Part shown: positions 9,128 to 17,588 of the stretch, piece after piece
How positions within the stretch are numbered: position 1 is the stretch's first letter
Layout of the letters: each line of letters opens with the position of its first letter
NCBI GenBank assembly: GCA_002710785.1
Contig: PAMC01000018.1
Span: forward strand, 10,515-74,514
Source: a bacterium
GTDB lineage: Bacteria; Patescibacteriota; Minisyncoccia; Phycocordibacterales; UBA918
Length of the DNA: 64,000 nt
Direction of reading: 5' to 3'
Program-made: the position numbers and the translations under genes
The notes under the pieces: generated by a model
The model's input: only the letters and a program-made list of their open reading frames with translations
Told to the model about the DNA's origin: nothing
The model's database searches: none

Positions 9128-9682
9128 TTAGCTTTTAAGTTGTTGTATTAACTCACTCGCATCCTCCTTAGACATCGTATCCAAGTTGCCGAGCATCTGG
9201 TTCTTCTCATCTTCATCGGTAACCTTGGTGTCGATTAACTGGGTTAGGTAGCGTTTCTGAGCATCTGAAGCTTGGTAGGTAGCAGCGGAGTAACTGTCAC
9301 TTTGTAGCCCAAAGCTCGGTACGGGACCAGCTTCCTCGGCAGCAAAGGCGTTGGGGAATTTACCAGCCCGAACACACGCATCTGTTAGTGCACTCGAAAA
9401 AGCAAATTTAACCGAGTTACTAATATACCGATTGGACTGTGACAGGACCGACATGCCCCGACCTTGCCCAATTACCCGACCACCAATCTTTAAGGTACAA
9501 AGGTAGGCAATGAGTCCAGGGTGATTAAACACGGTACTGGTCTGCATATCCTCTTCAAAGGTGGCGGTAATATCGTAGACTCCTAAGTGTTTCTCTATCT
9601 CCTCACGGATTGGATGCTTCGCTGGCTGTTGTGGTTGCACTGTTGCATAACTCCTTGGTTTAGTAGTTGTTGCATTATTCAT
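9128..9682 (-). CDS. Hypothetical mobile-element protein
   Basis: Last gene of coupled operon; C-terminal 'ASDAQKRYL...SKEDASELI' helical motif. Confidence 0.6.
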   Translation of the reverse strand: MNNATTTKPRSYATVQPQQPAKHPIREEIEKHLGVYDITATFEEDMQTSTVFNHPGLIAYLCTLKIGGRVIGQGRGMSVLSQSNRYISNSVKFAFSSALTDACVRAGKFPNAFAAEEAGPVPSFGLQSDSYSAATYQASDAQKRYLTQLIDTKVTDEDEKNQMLGNLDTMSKEDASELIQQLKS

Positions 9683-9851
9683 GATTATTTAGTTTGTTTA
9701 GTCTCTTGATAATTACGGTTTTGGGTTTAATGGTGACGGAAATAATGTCGCCTAACGAAAAACCAGCGGTAGCCAGTCGACTATCACTGATTCGTATACA
9801 TGGCTCATCCTTGGCTCTACGCTCGGACACCACGGTCATTTGGCGAGTCAT
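9675..9851 (-). CDS. Small SymE-like (AbrB-fold) protein, 58 aa, not in ORF track
   Basis: MTRQMTVVSERRAKDEPCIRISDSRLATAGFSLGDIISVTIKPKTVIIKRLNKLNNHE; overlaps both neighbours. Confidence 0.6.
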   Translation of the reverse strand: MTRQMTVVSERRAKDEPCIRISDSRLATAGFSLGDIISVTIKPKTVIIKRLNKLNNHE

Positions 9852-10180
9852 GCTGGTTTGTGGTTAGCAATAGGTTCCGTCTGACTGATGTGGAAGAGGT
9901 TGATACTTCTTCGCCTTGTTTGCTTCTCTCCGGTCTCTGGGTCTTCTGATTCGATTAGAGTGTAGCTTTGGATAGCCTTGGCTCCTTTCTTTACGCTGTA
10001 CCCGTTACGTCGCCAAGCTGCAAAACTCATACAGCTATGGTACGGGTCGTAGGTGGCAGCGTACTCTGGCCCTAGCTCTGGGTGTTCGGCTATTGCTTGC
10101 CTCACGGCTTCAGCGGTCTTCTCAGAACCCAGATATGGTGACACTGGGCGGTCTGATAATACTTCTTGTACCTTTTTCAT
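9848..10180 (-). CDS. ArdC N-terminal (ssDNA-binding)-like protein
   Basis: 'SFAAWRRNGYSVKKGAKAI...LFHISQT'. Confidence 0.7.
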   Translation of the reverse strand: MKKVQEVLSDRPVSPYLGSEKTAEAVRQAIAEHPELGPEYAATYDPYHSCMSFAAWRRNGYSVKKGAKAIQSYTLIESEDPETGEKQTRRRSINLFHISQTEPIANHKPA

Positions 10181-10714
10181 AGTGTTTATGTGTGCCGCAC
10201 TGGATGCATCTGCAGTGCAGGTAGGAGTGGCTTATGTTTAATTCCTAGCCTAACCCCCTAGTAATAAGACCCAGGCTACATAGGTGGGTACCCGGGCAGT
10301 GGTTCGGTTAGGGAAGTTACAGAGTAAGGAACTATGTAATACGGGGTACTAACGCAGTTTTGTGTATTTTTTGGTCTTACCCAAGAGACGAAAAAGTTGT
10401 TGACGGGTCTTTTACCAAGGGGGTATAAAAATGCATCAAATACGTTGCTAAATATAGCTTTTTGCTTGGTAGGTAGATTTTTCTTTACTTTACCTAGTAC
10501 ACACAGAAGGGTAGCTGGTATCTGCCTGGTAATTCTCCCCCTCCTTATAGGGGGAGATTACCAAGGAGCCAACCCCCACCACCGTGTTCATAAATATTCT
10601 GTAGCCAGGGTAATTCACCAGAACCATCAGCCGAGCGTGAGATTTTTTAGTTGAGCATTTTGGTACTCTGCTAAATTAGTACGTACCACATGAAGTGGTA
10701 ATAGCTTGCGTACT

Positions 10715-10840
10715 ATGAACACAACGACTATATTAGTGACACGGGAGTGCTCGGTCTGCGGCTACAAATGGCTGCCTCGAGTACCAAACCCAAAAAAATG
10801 CCCTTGTTGCCAAGCACGCCTTGAAGACGAGTTGGCATAG
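10715..10840 (+). CDS. Small Zn-ribbon protein, 41 aa, not in ORF track
   Basis: MNTTTILVTRECSVCGYKWLPRVPNPKKCPCCQARLEDELA: CxxC...CPxC. Confidence 0.65.
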   Translation: MNTTTILVTRECSVCGYKWLPRVPNPKKCPCCQARLEDELA

Positions 10841-10927
10841 TTGAGGAACGGGACAATCAAAAGTTAATTATTATTTGGGACAAAAAGAATACCCGCAGCA
10901 ACGGGCATTCGGCTCTTAAATATTGAA

Positions 10928-12967
10928 TTGACTTGTATGAATAGTAACACAGTCCCAAACGGCAGTCCTCTGACTGACCAAGAAATTATTACAAACGCAG
11001 TAGAAACACTCACTGGTGACCGAGCCCAATGGGTAATTTGGCAATATCAGGAACGTGAAGACGGAGGTAAGCCAGGCAAAATTCCGATTGGTATTTATGG
11101 TGAAGCAGCTAAAGTTTCAGACAATTCCACCTGGCTACACTACGATGATGCAAAACGCCTCTGTGATGAGCATGATTTAGATGGTGTAGGCATTATGTTT
11201 GACGGCAGCTTCCTGGGCGTAGACCTAGATAATTGCGTTGAGGATGGAGATATCACAGACCCAGTTGTGGCAGCATTTGTAGCCATCGCAGATACATATA
11301 CAGAGATTTCGCCGAGCGGCACTGGACTCCACCTATTCTTCAAACTAGCAGGACCTTACAAGGCTAAGAAAAATCGACACGGTAGTTACGAAGTGTATAC
11401 CAACGACCGGTACTTCACATTTACCGGCCACCTATTCAATCAAAACCTCGTACGGACAGTAACTCCCAAAGAAGTGGAACGCTTACTAGAGGCTATTGGC
11501 TACCCCTGGAATCCCGTTGAATCAGCAGTCGACAGTGTGGTCCTTGGTAATACTACAAACCTAGACCAAGAGATTGCCAAGGAGAAGATGTTTAGCTCAA
11601 AGCACGGGGCCGAAATCGAAGCCCTCTATAACGGTGACACGTCAGCCTACGGTGGGGATGTCTCAAAAGCCGAGGCTGCCTTAGTGAAACACGCAGCACA
11701 CTGGTTTAGTGACCGTGAAGCGGTGCAGGAGTTTTGGTTGCAATCACCGCTAGCCCAACGAGATAAGACGCAAGGACGAGTAGATTACCAAGAACGTACC
11801 CTTGATTTTGCGTTGCAGGACTCCTCTGGGTCACCAACACCAGAATTCACCATTAATGACACAGACAACAGTAAATTGGGTCCACGGGAAATCTTCGCCC
11901 AAGCTGAAACCGACCTCGAAGACTTTTTGAAACTCGATGGTGAAACGGACTGGTTAGTGGACCGACTGGTTACCAAGGGGTCACTTAATATGATTGCTTC
12001 ACCGCCAGCCCAAGGGAAGACGTTTATGGCTCTTAATATTGCTTTGGCAGTGGCGTTTGGTGAGCCTCTATTCGGTAAATTCAATGTACCTGACGCCGCT
12101 AACGTACTGGTTGTGAACGAGGAAGATACTGAGAATGAGCTATCTGGTCGTTTGCAGAGTATGGTGTCAAAGGGTGCGGTACGGGGTAAAATCAAGCTCT
12201 ACTGCAACACTGGACTCAAAGTGAACAAGGATTGGTCAGACGGGCTTTTAGAGCGTGCTAAGGCCAATAATGCGGGTCTGGTAATTCTCGATAACCTAGC
12301 TGTGCTGAGTTTGGCTAACGAAAATGACGCCCAAGCGGTACAGGAAGTAATGGAGCAGTTTCGGCGGTTCACTCGTGCTGGTATTACAGTTATCTTCATT
12401 CACCACGACCGCAAGGGGCAGCCAGGAGAATCAGGTGGTAATCAATCACTTGATAGTGCTCGTGGGTCTGGAGTGATTCCAGCAGCAGTTCATGGCTATC
12501 TCAGTGTCCGAACTGCCAAGAACAACACCTTTGTAGTATCGCAACGGAAGCTAAAAGCCAACAGTCCAAAAGTGAAGGACTTCGTGATTCAGATGCACAC
12601 TGATATCACAAAGGGTAAGCAATTTCGTTTTCGGTTTGAGTATATCGGTGAGTACGACCCAGACCTCAACGCTGCCGAGAACCTAGAGACTAGGATTGTA
12701 TCCCTCAGTCAAGAGTACGGCACAAAATACTACTTCACCAAGAAGACGTTGGTTGGTCGTGGTTTCGCTACTCGACCAGATGACAAGAGTCTTGTGAGTG
12801 CACTAAAGAGTTTGGTGGCCAAAGGTTTGCTACAGGTGAATCAGTATAAGGACCTAGGCGAACCAGAAAAGGAACTCGTTGACGATACAGTGAAAGTGGG
12901 TAATGCCGCAGTGTATTGGTTTGCGTCAGACAGCTTAGTAGAGGATGTGGCTAATATTCCTTTCTAG
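10928..12967 (+). CDS. Primase-polymerase (AEP) fused to RecA-like AAA (RepA-type) helicase
   Basis: 'GVDLD', 'EISPSGTGLH', 'EVY..RY.T.TG'; Walker A 'SPPAQGKT', Walker B 'LVILD', 'IHHDRK'. Confidence 0.85.
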   Translation: MTCMNSNTVPNGSPLTDQEIITNAVETLTGDRAQWVIWQYQEREDGGKPGKIPIGIYGEAAKVSDNSTWLHYDDAKRLCDEHDLDGVGIMFDGSFLGVDLDNCVEDGDITDPVVAAFVAIADTYTEISPSGTGLHLFFKLAGPYKAKKNRHGSYEVYTNDRYFTFTGHLFNQNLVRTVTPKEVERLLEAIGYPWNPVESAVDSVVLGNTTNLDQEIAKEKMFSSKHGAEIEALYNGDTSAYGGDVSKAEAALVKHAAHWFSDREAVQEFWLQSPLAQRDKTQGRVDYQERTLDFALQDSSGSPTPEFTINDTDNSKLGPREIFAQAETDLEDFLKLDGETDWLVDRLVTKGSLNMIASPPAQGKTFMALNIALAVAFGEPLFGKFNVPDAANVLVVNEEDTENELSGRLQSMVSKGAVRGKIKLYCNTGLKVNKDWSDGLLERAKANNAGLVILDNLAVLSLANENDAQAVQEVMEQFRRFTRAGITVIFIHHDRKGQPGESGGNQSLDSARGSGVIPAAVHGYLSVRTAKNNTFVVSQRKLKANSPKVKDFVIQMHTDITKGKQFRFRFEYIGEYDPDLNAAENLETRIVSLSQEYGTKYYFTKKTLVGRGFATRPDDKSLVSALKSLVAKGLLQVNQYKDLGEPEKELVDDTVKVGNAAVYWFASDSLVEDVANIPF

Positions 12968-12968
12968 T

Positions 12969-13163
12969 ATGTCTAACACTACTCTGGCACATAAAATTTG
13001 CATTGCGTATCGCCATTTATTCAATGTACGTGAGTCACAACCACTAAACGCTGGCACCATTAGTGCTATGGAAGAGCTTGGATTAATCCTGAAACCAATC
13101 TACCAGCGAATGCGAAAAGAAGGCTGGGTATTACAAAATGGTAAACTAACAAAACATGAGTAA
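12969..13163 (+). CDS. Small protein upstream of recombinase
   Basis: ATG 12969; overlaps recombinase start. Confidence 0.55.
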   Translation: MSNTTLAHKICIAYRHLFNVRESQPLNAGTISAMEELGLILKPIYQRMRKEGWVLQNGKLTKHE

Positions 13164-14892
13164 ATCACCGAAGAAGGACGCAGTCGAACGAGAAACATTT
13201 GCAGCTATTGAGCGTGGTGATTTTAAGGAGTGTTACCTGATTTATAACCGCAAAAGTAGCGATGAAGCGGATAGTCAAAAGAATTCGATTGAGTTTCAGA
13301 ATGCAGAAAGTATGCGCTTTGCTGCACGAGAATCGCTTCCAGTAGCTGGAATTACTATCACAGGGCTGTGTAATAACGGCTCCATCTCTGAACGACATTC
13401 TGGTTTTAAGGAAGATGAAAACTTTGTGATTTCTTCTGATGGTAAGGTAACGTACCAGATTGACCGACCAAAGTTTCAGCGGTTATTGCAGTTGGTTAAT
13501 CAGGGTTACATCAAAGGTGTCATTTGTCTTTGTTGGGACCGTATCAGCCGAAACAAATCTGATGATGCTATCGTTCGTAAGCTAATGAAGAAAGGGGTGG
13601 ATATTCGCTTCGTACATGCTCACTACGACGACAGCAGTGCCGGAGAGCTCCATATGGATATCGACGGTATGTTTGCGCAACATCACTCCCGGGTGACTAG
13701 TGAAAAGGTCCGTTTGAGTAAGGTAAACAGTCGCAGTCAGGGTAAGTGCACATACCGTGCTCCAATCGGCTATCTCAATGAAGGTAATATGGACTGGAAG
13801 CCATTCGACCCTGAACGAGCACCGATGGTGAAGGAGATGTTTGAACTATATGCTACAGGTGATTGGAGTCTGTCTGATTTAACACGACACGCTCGTAAAA
13901 TTGGTTTAACTGCACCACCAATGCGACGACGTCGTACCAAAGAGGAGATGCTGGCAGACGAGGAAGTACGACTGGAGAAAGTCACCAGTCCGATTCAGCA
14001 AGGATACATGGCCCAGATTCTCAAGAACAAGTTTTACATTGGCTACATCATTGGTAACAACGGTAAAGCTGGTGAGTGGGTGAAGAGTGAAAGCCATGAG
14101 CCACTTGTTGATGAGAAATTGTTTAACAAGGTTCAGGCTCTATTGGGTAAGAAGAACGTCAGCACACACTACACGGAGAAGTTGGACTATCCATTGCGTG
14201 GGATTATGCGGTGTTCCTGCTGTGGGCGAATCTATACTCCGTACGTGAAGAAGGGAAACCAGTACTACTACAGTCGCTGCAAAGATGGGTGCACTAATAA
14301 AATGAAGAATTTGCATTACACTTATGTAGTAGAAAAAGTACGGAAGTTGGTTTCCGGTCTGCACTTTACCGATGACGAGCTGGAAGAATTTGAAAGCCGA
14401 GCTGGGACGGATATCGCTCTTTTGGAGAACAAGCGTGACCGTGAAATGGAGGTTATCGAACGCAAGAAAAAGAAAGTGCGTGATGAATTAGCATATTTAC
14501 GCTCTGAGCGGGTACAGTTGCTAAAAACAGGTGTATTCACTCCTGAAGGGTACGTAGAGGAGACAAATAGGCTGGAGGGTGAGATTGATGATTTGCAGAC
14601 TGAGGAGCAGGTATCTGAGGAAGCAATGCGAGAGCTAATGAAGGAAGTGGTACATCTTTCAGAACTACTAAAAAACGTTGTGCCTATTTACGATTACGCC
14701 AATCCGCAAGAAAAAGAGAAAATTATCCGAGCTATCTTTTCAGAACTCTCGTTTTCTCACGATACGTTGCAATATAAGGTTAAAAAAGGGTTTGAAACCT
14801 TTGATAAGCGTATTTCTGCTTTTTGCGGGCCCACGTGGACTCGAACCACGGCCGCTGGTTTTGGAGACCAGAATTCTACCACTAAACTATAG
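13156..14892 (+). CDS. Large serine recombinase (resolvase + recombinase + Zn ribbon/coiled coil)
   Basis: 'YNRKS', 'DRPKFQ', 'WDRISRN', 'APIGY', 'HEPLV', 'CSCCG..YY.RC'; 3' end overlaps tRNA-Trp. Confidence 0.92.
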   Translation: MSKSPKKDAVERETFAAIERGDFKECYLIYNRKSSDEADSQKNSIEFQNAESMRFAARESLPVAGITITGLCNNGSISERHSGFKEDENFVISSDGKVTYQIDRPKFQRLLQLVNQGYIKGVICLCWDRISRNKSDDAIVRKLMKKGVDIRFVHAHYDDSSAGELHMDIDGMFAQHHSRVTSEKVRLSKVNSRSQGKCTYRAPIGYLNEGNMDWKPFDPERAPMVKEMFELYATGDWSLSDLTRHARKIGLTAPPMRRRRTKEEMLADEEVRLEKVTSPIQQGYMAQILKNKFYIGYIIGNNGKAGEWVKSESHEPLVDEKLFNKVQALLGKKNVSTHYTEKLDYPLRGIMRCSCCGRIYTPYVKKGNQYYYSRCKDGCTNKMKNLHYTYVVEKVRKLVSGLHFTDDELEEFESRAGTDIALLENKRDREMEVIERKKKKVRDELAYLRSERVQLLKTGVFTPEGYVEETNRLEGEIDDLQTEEQVSEEAMRELMKEVVHLSELLKNVVPIYDYANPQEKEKIIRAIFSELSFSHDTLQYKVKKGFETFDKRISAFCGPTWTRTTAAGFGDQNSTTKL

Positions 14893-14896
14893 GCCC
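14826..14896 (-). tRNA. tRNA-Trp(CCA)
   Basis: GGGCCTA acceptor stem, CTGGT-CTCCAAA-ACCAG anticodon arm, GGTTCGAGTCC T arm; no encoded CCA. Confidence 0.95.
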
Positions 14897-14936
14897 ATCT
14901 ATAAATATAAATCTACTACACAGGCCCAGTTGTGGC

Positions 14937-15051
14937 GAGACCAGAATTCTACTTGAGCAAACGAGGAAGGAATGAGAGCTTGCTCGCATTCATCTTCCGA
15001 GTGCAGGTCAAGCAAGAAATCTATAATTTCTTACCACTAAACTATAGGCCC
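14937..15051 (-). repeat. Degenerate 5' half of tRNA-Trp split by ~80-nt hairpin insert in D-loop
   Basis: 14937-14952 equals 14864-14879; 15032-15051 equals 14877-14896; TAC is duplicated. Confidence 0.85.
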
Positions 15052-15163
15052 GGAAATTGCCCGGGAGGCAATTTCAGTTCTGTTACTCAGAATCTGAAAT
15101 AAGTTCTCCCAGCTACATTACTCACGTAAGTGCGCTACATAGTAGGCGATAGGCCAGAGAAAA

Positions 15164-16060
15164 TCAATCCTCAAGCCAGTTGGTAACTAATTTTTGTGCA
15201 GCGCCCACAGTGTCTGGTTGTAGCCAATTGACCTCGTCATTCTTCTGTAGCCAGGTGAGTTGGCGCTTCGCGTACTGCCAGTTTTTGGCGAGAAATTGCT
15301 CCACAAACTGCTCGTTGGTGAGCTCGCCTTGGACCCACGCGGCACCAATGGTGTACTCAAAGCCAAATTCAGCCAGTCGCTCTGGCGTGCAGTCTTGAGC
15401 TAGTAGCCACGCCACTTCATCTTTAAAGCCACCATGGAGCCATGAGTTAGCTCGCTTCGTGATTCGCTCACGCAAGTCGTCTTTGCTGCGTTCAGTGCCG
15501 AGCCAGAGGGTGTCGTACAGTTCTTCGGTAGGGATAGCTGGTACGTGACCAATTGCGGCTACAATCTCCAGCGCTCTAATAAGTCGCCGTTTATTGTTTG
15601 GGTCGATGGTGGCTGCGCGAGCGCTATCGCGCTCGCGCAGCTCAGCGTGGAGGTCCTCAGTAGACATCTTCTCGAGCTTCCCTCGCAATGTTGGGTTGGG
15701 TGCCACCTCGGGCATACTCAAGCGACCAAGCAGGAGGTCGACGTAGAAAAACGTACCACCCGCAATAATTGGCAGCTTGCCGCGAGCGGTAATGTCGGCA
15801 ATGGCCGCACGGCCGTCGCGCACGAAATCAGCTGCGGTGTACACGTCGCTGATATCGACCACGTCAATGAAGTGGTGGGGTACACCCTGCATCTCCTCTT
15901 TGGTTACCTTAGCGGTACCAATATTAAGCTTCCGATACACCTGCCGACTGTCAGCCGAAATGACCTCCCCGTCAAACTGCTTGGCCAGCTCAACCGCCAA
16001 GCCAGTTTTACCCGAAGCAGTAGCCCCGACAATCACCAATACTTTTTGCTTGTCACTCAT
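15164..16060 (-). CDS. miaA: tRNA dimethylallyltransferase
   Basis: 'GATASGKT', 'ISADSRQVY', 'GGTFFY', 'YAKRQLTW'. Confidence 0.97.
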   Translation of the reverse strand: MSDKQKVLVIVGATASGKTGLAVELAKQFDGEVISADSRQVYRKLNIGTAKVTKEEMQGVPHHFIDVVDISDVYTAADFVRDGRAAIADITARGKLPIIAGGTFFYVDLLLGRLSMPEVAPNPTLRGKLEKMSTEDLHAELRERDSARAATIDPNNKRRLIRALEIVAAIGHVPAIPTEELYDTLWLGTERSKDDLRERITKRANSWLHGGFKDEVAWLLAQDCTPERLAEFGFEYTIGAAWVQGELTNEQFVEQFLAKNWQYAKRQLTWLQKNDEVNWLQPDTVGAAQKLVTNWLED

Positions 16061-16061
16061 T

Positions 16062-16146
16062 TGGTGCCTCGGGAGGGAGTCGAACCCTCATGGCTTGCGC
16101 CATGCGATTTTGAGTCGCACGTGTATACCAATTCCACCACCGAGGC
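16062..16146 (-). tRNA. tRNA-Leu(CAA)
   Basis: GCCTCGG acceptor, TGCGA-CTCAAAA-TCGCA, long variable arm, encoded CCA. Confidence 0.95.
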
Positions 16147-16302
16147 AATTGTTGTGGCTGTGAGTTTAGCAAAAAAAGGCTATTTTAACTAGCTAGGTAG
16201 TTATAAACAGGGCGTTATTGTGGCTCGTGGTACTATGAAGGAACGAACAGCAGGGCCTAACGGTGGGTACCAAAAACGTTCGCTTTACAACGTATTTTTG
16301 TT

Positions 16303-17586
16303 ATGGCAGCCTTTAAAGGAGACTCGATCTTTTGGATTGAAACGCACAAGATTGTGGCCAACCCGTACCAGCCGCGGCGGGAGTTTGATGAGCAAAAACT
16401 CAAAGAGCTCTCAGAGTCGATTCGCATGTACGGCGTGTTGCAGCCGCTGACGGTGAGTCGCAAAGAAGTGACAGCTGAAGACGGCGCGTTTAAAACCGAG
16501 TACGAACTGATTGCCGGCGAGCGACGTCTGCGCGCGAGTAAGCTCGCGGGCCTCGAGCAGGTGCCGGTTATTATTCGCGAAGGGGAGGATAGTGAGCAAG
16601 AGAAACTCGAGCTCGCGATTATCGAAAACCTGCAACGCGAGGATCTTAACGCAGTTGACCGGGCGCTGGCGTTTAAGCAACTAGCTGATGTGTTTGAGCT
16701 CTCGCACAGCCAGGTCGCCAAGAAGGTGGGCCGCAGTCGGGAGTACGTCTCGAACTCCATTCGTCTCCTTAACCTACCCGACTACATGCTCGAGTCGGTG
16801 AAGACCGCCGACATCAGCGAAGGGCACGCGCGCACGCTCTTGATGCTCAATGACCGACCAGAAGAACAAGACACACTGTACCGAGAGATTCTGCTTAAGA
16901 AACTGACTGTACGTGAGGTTGAGCGCATTGCGCGCAAGATCGCAACCGACAAGGTCCGCAAGCAGCAGTGGAAGGGCACTGACCCGGAGCTCATCGAGAA
17001 AGAGAAGCAATTTACCGAGACGCTTGGCACTCGCGTGCAGCTCACGCGCACCGACTACGGTGGCAAGATTACCATCGACTACTTCTCAGACGAGGACCTC
17101 GACGTACTGCTCGAGACCTTGGCGGCACAAAAAGCGGGCCGCAGCGCACCAGCTGTATCGGCGGTGACCAGCGCTGCGACTGCGGTAGAAACCCAACCAA
17201 CCGACGAGCCGCTGGAGCAGCTCACTGAGAGCACTCCGCTCGAACCAATTGCAGCCGATGTAACGAGTGTGCCTGAGCAAGCTACTCCAGAGCCTAAACC
17301 TAACGCCACCGAACCAACTACGGAACTCGCCTCACCAGTGGAGCCAGCAGCAGGTGGCTCGTCGCTGCGCAGCAAACTCGCGAGTTTATTTAGTGATGTG
17401 CCAGCCGCCTCACAAGCCCCGACTGTCGCTCCCGAAGTGCCCGCCCCTGAACCTGATCCGCAACCAGAACCAGCTCCAGCGCCCGAGGCTAGAGATGCCG
17501 TAGCGCCTGCAGCAACGGCTAGCGAGGAGGCTAAAACAACCGACGAAGATGATGACCTTTACGGAGTAAAAAACTTTAGTGTATAG
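16303..17586 (+). CDS. parB: ParB/Spo0J partition protein with long Pro/Ala/Glu tail
   Basis: 'NPYQPR', 'LIAGERRLRA', 'IENLQREDL', HTH. Confidence 0.93.
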   Translation: MAAFKGDSIFWIETHKIVANPYQPRREFDEQKLKELSESIRMYGVLQPLTVSRKEVTAEDGAFKTEYELIAGERRLRASKLAGLEQVPVIIREGEDSEQEKLELAIIENLQREDLNAVDRALAFKQLADVFELSHSQVAKKVGRSREYVSNSIRLLNLPDYMLESVKTADISEGHARTLLMLNDRPEEQDTLYREILLKKLTVREVERIARKIATDKVRKQQWKGTDPELIEKEKQFTETLGTRVQLTRTDYGGKITIDYFSDEDLDVLLETLAAQKAGRSAPAVSAVTSAATAVETQPTDEPLEQLTESTPLEPIAADVTSVPEQATPEPKPNATEPTTELASPVEPAAGGSSLRSKLASLFSDVPAASQAPTVAPEVPAPEPDPQPEPAPAPEARDAVAPAATASEEAKTTDEDDDLYGVKNFSV

Positions 17587-17588
17587 CG

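Larger units (their letters stand above)
2212..14830. mobile_element. Putative integrative element (~12.6 kb) inserted at tRNA-Trp 3' end
   Basis: Large serine recombinase running into tRNA-Trp; primase-helicase; ArdC-N; defence cargo; GCGGGC direct repeat at 2212-2217 and 14825-14830 with in-frame recombinase continuation. Confidence 0.7.

Noticed and set aside
10397-10654. 85-aa ORF in the element's intergenic region
   Set aside because: TTG start, no motif, overlaps inverted repeats; more likely non-coding
14953-15031. Group I/II or archaeal-type tRNA intron
   Set aside because: Too short for self-splicing introns, no clear bulge-helix-bulge, and the host copy lacks a 3' half
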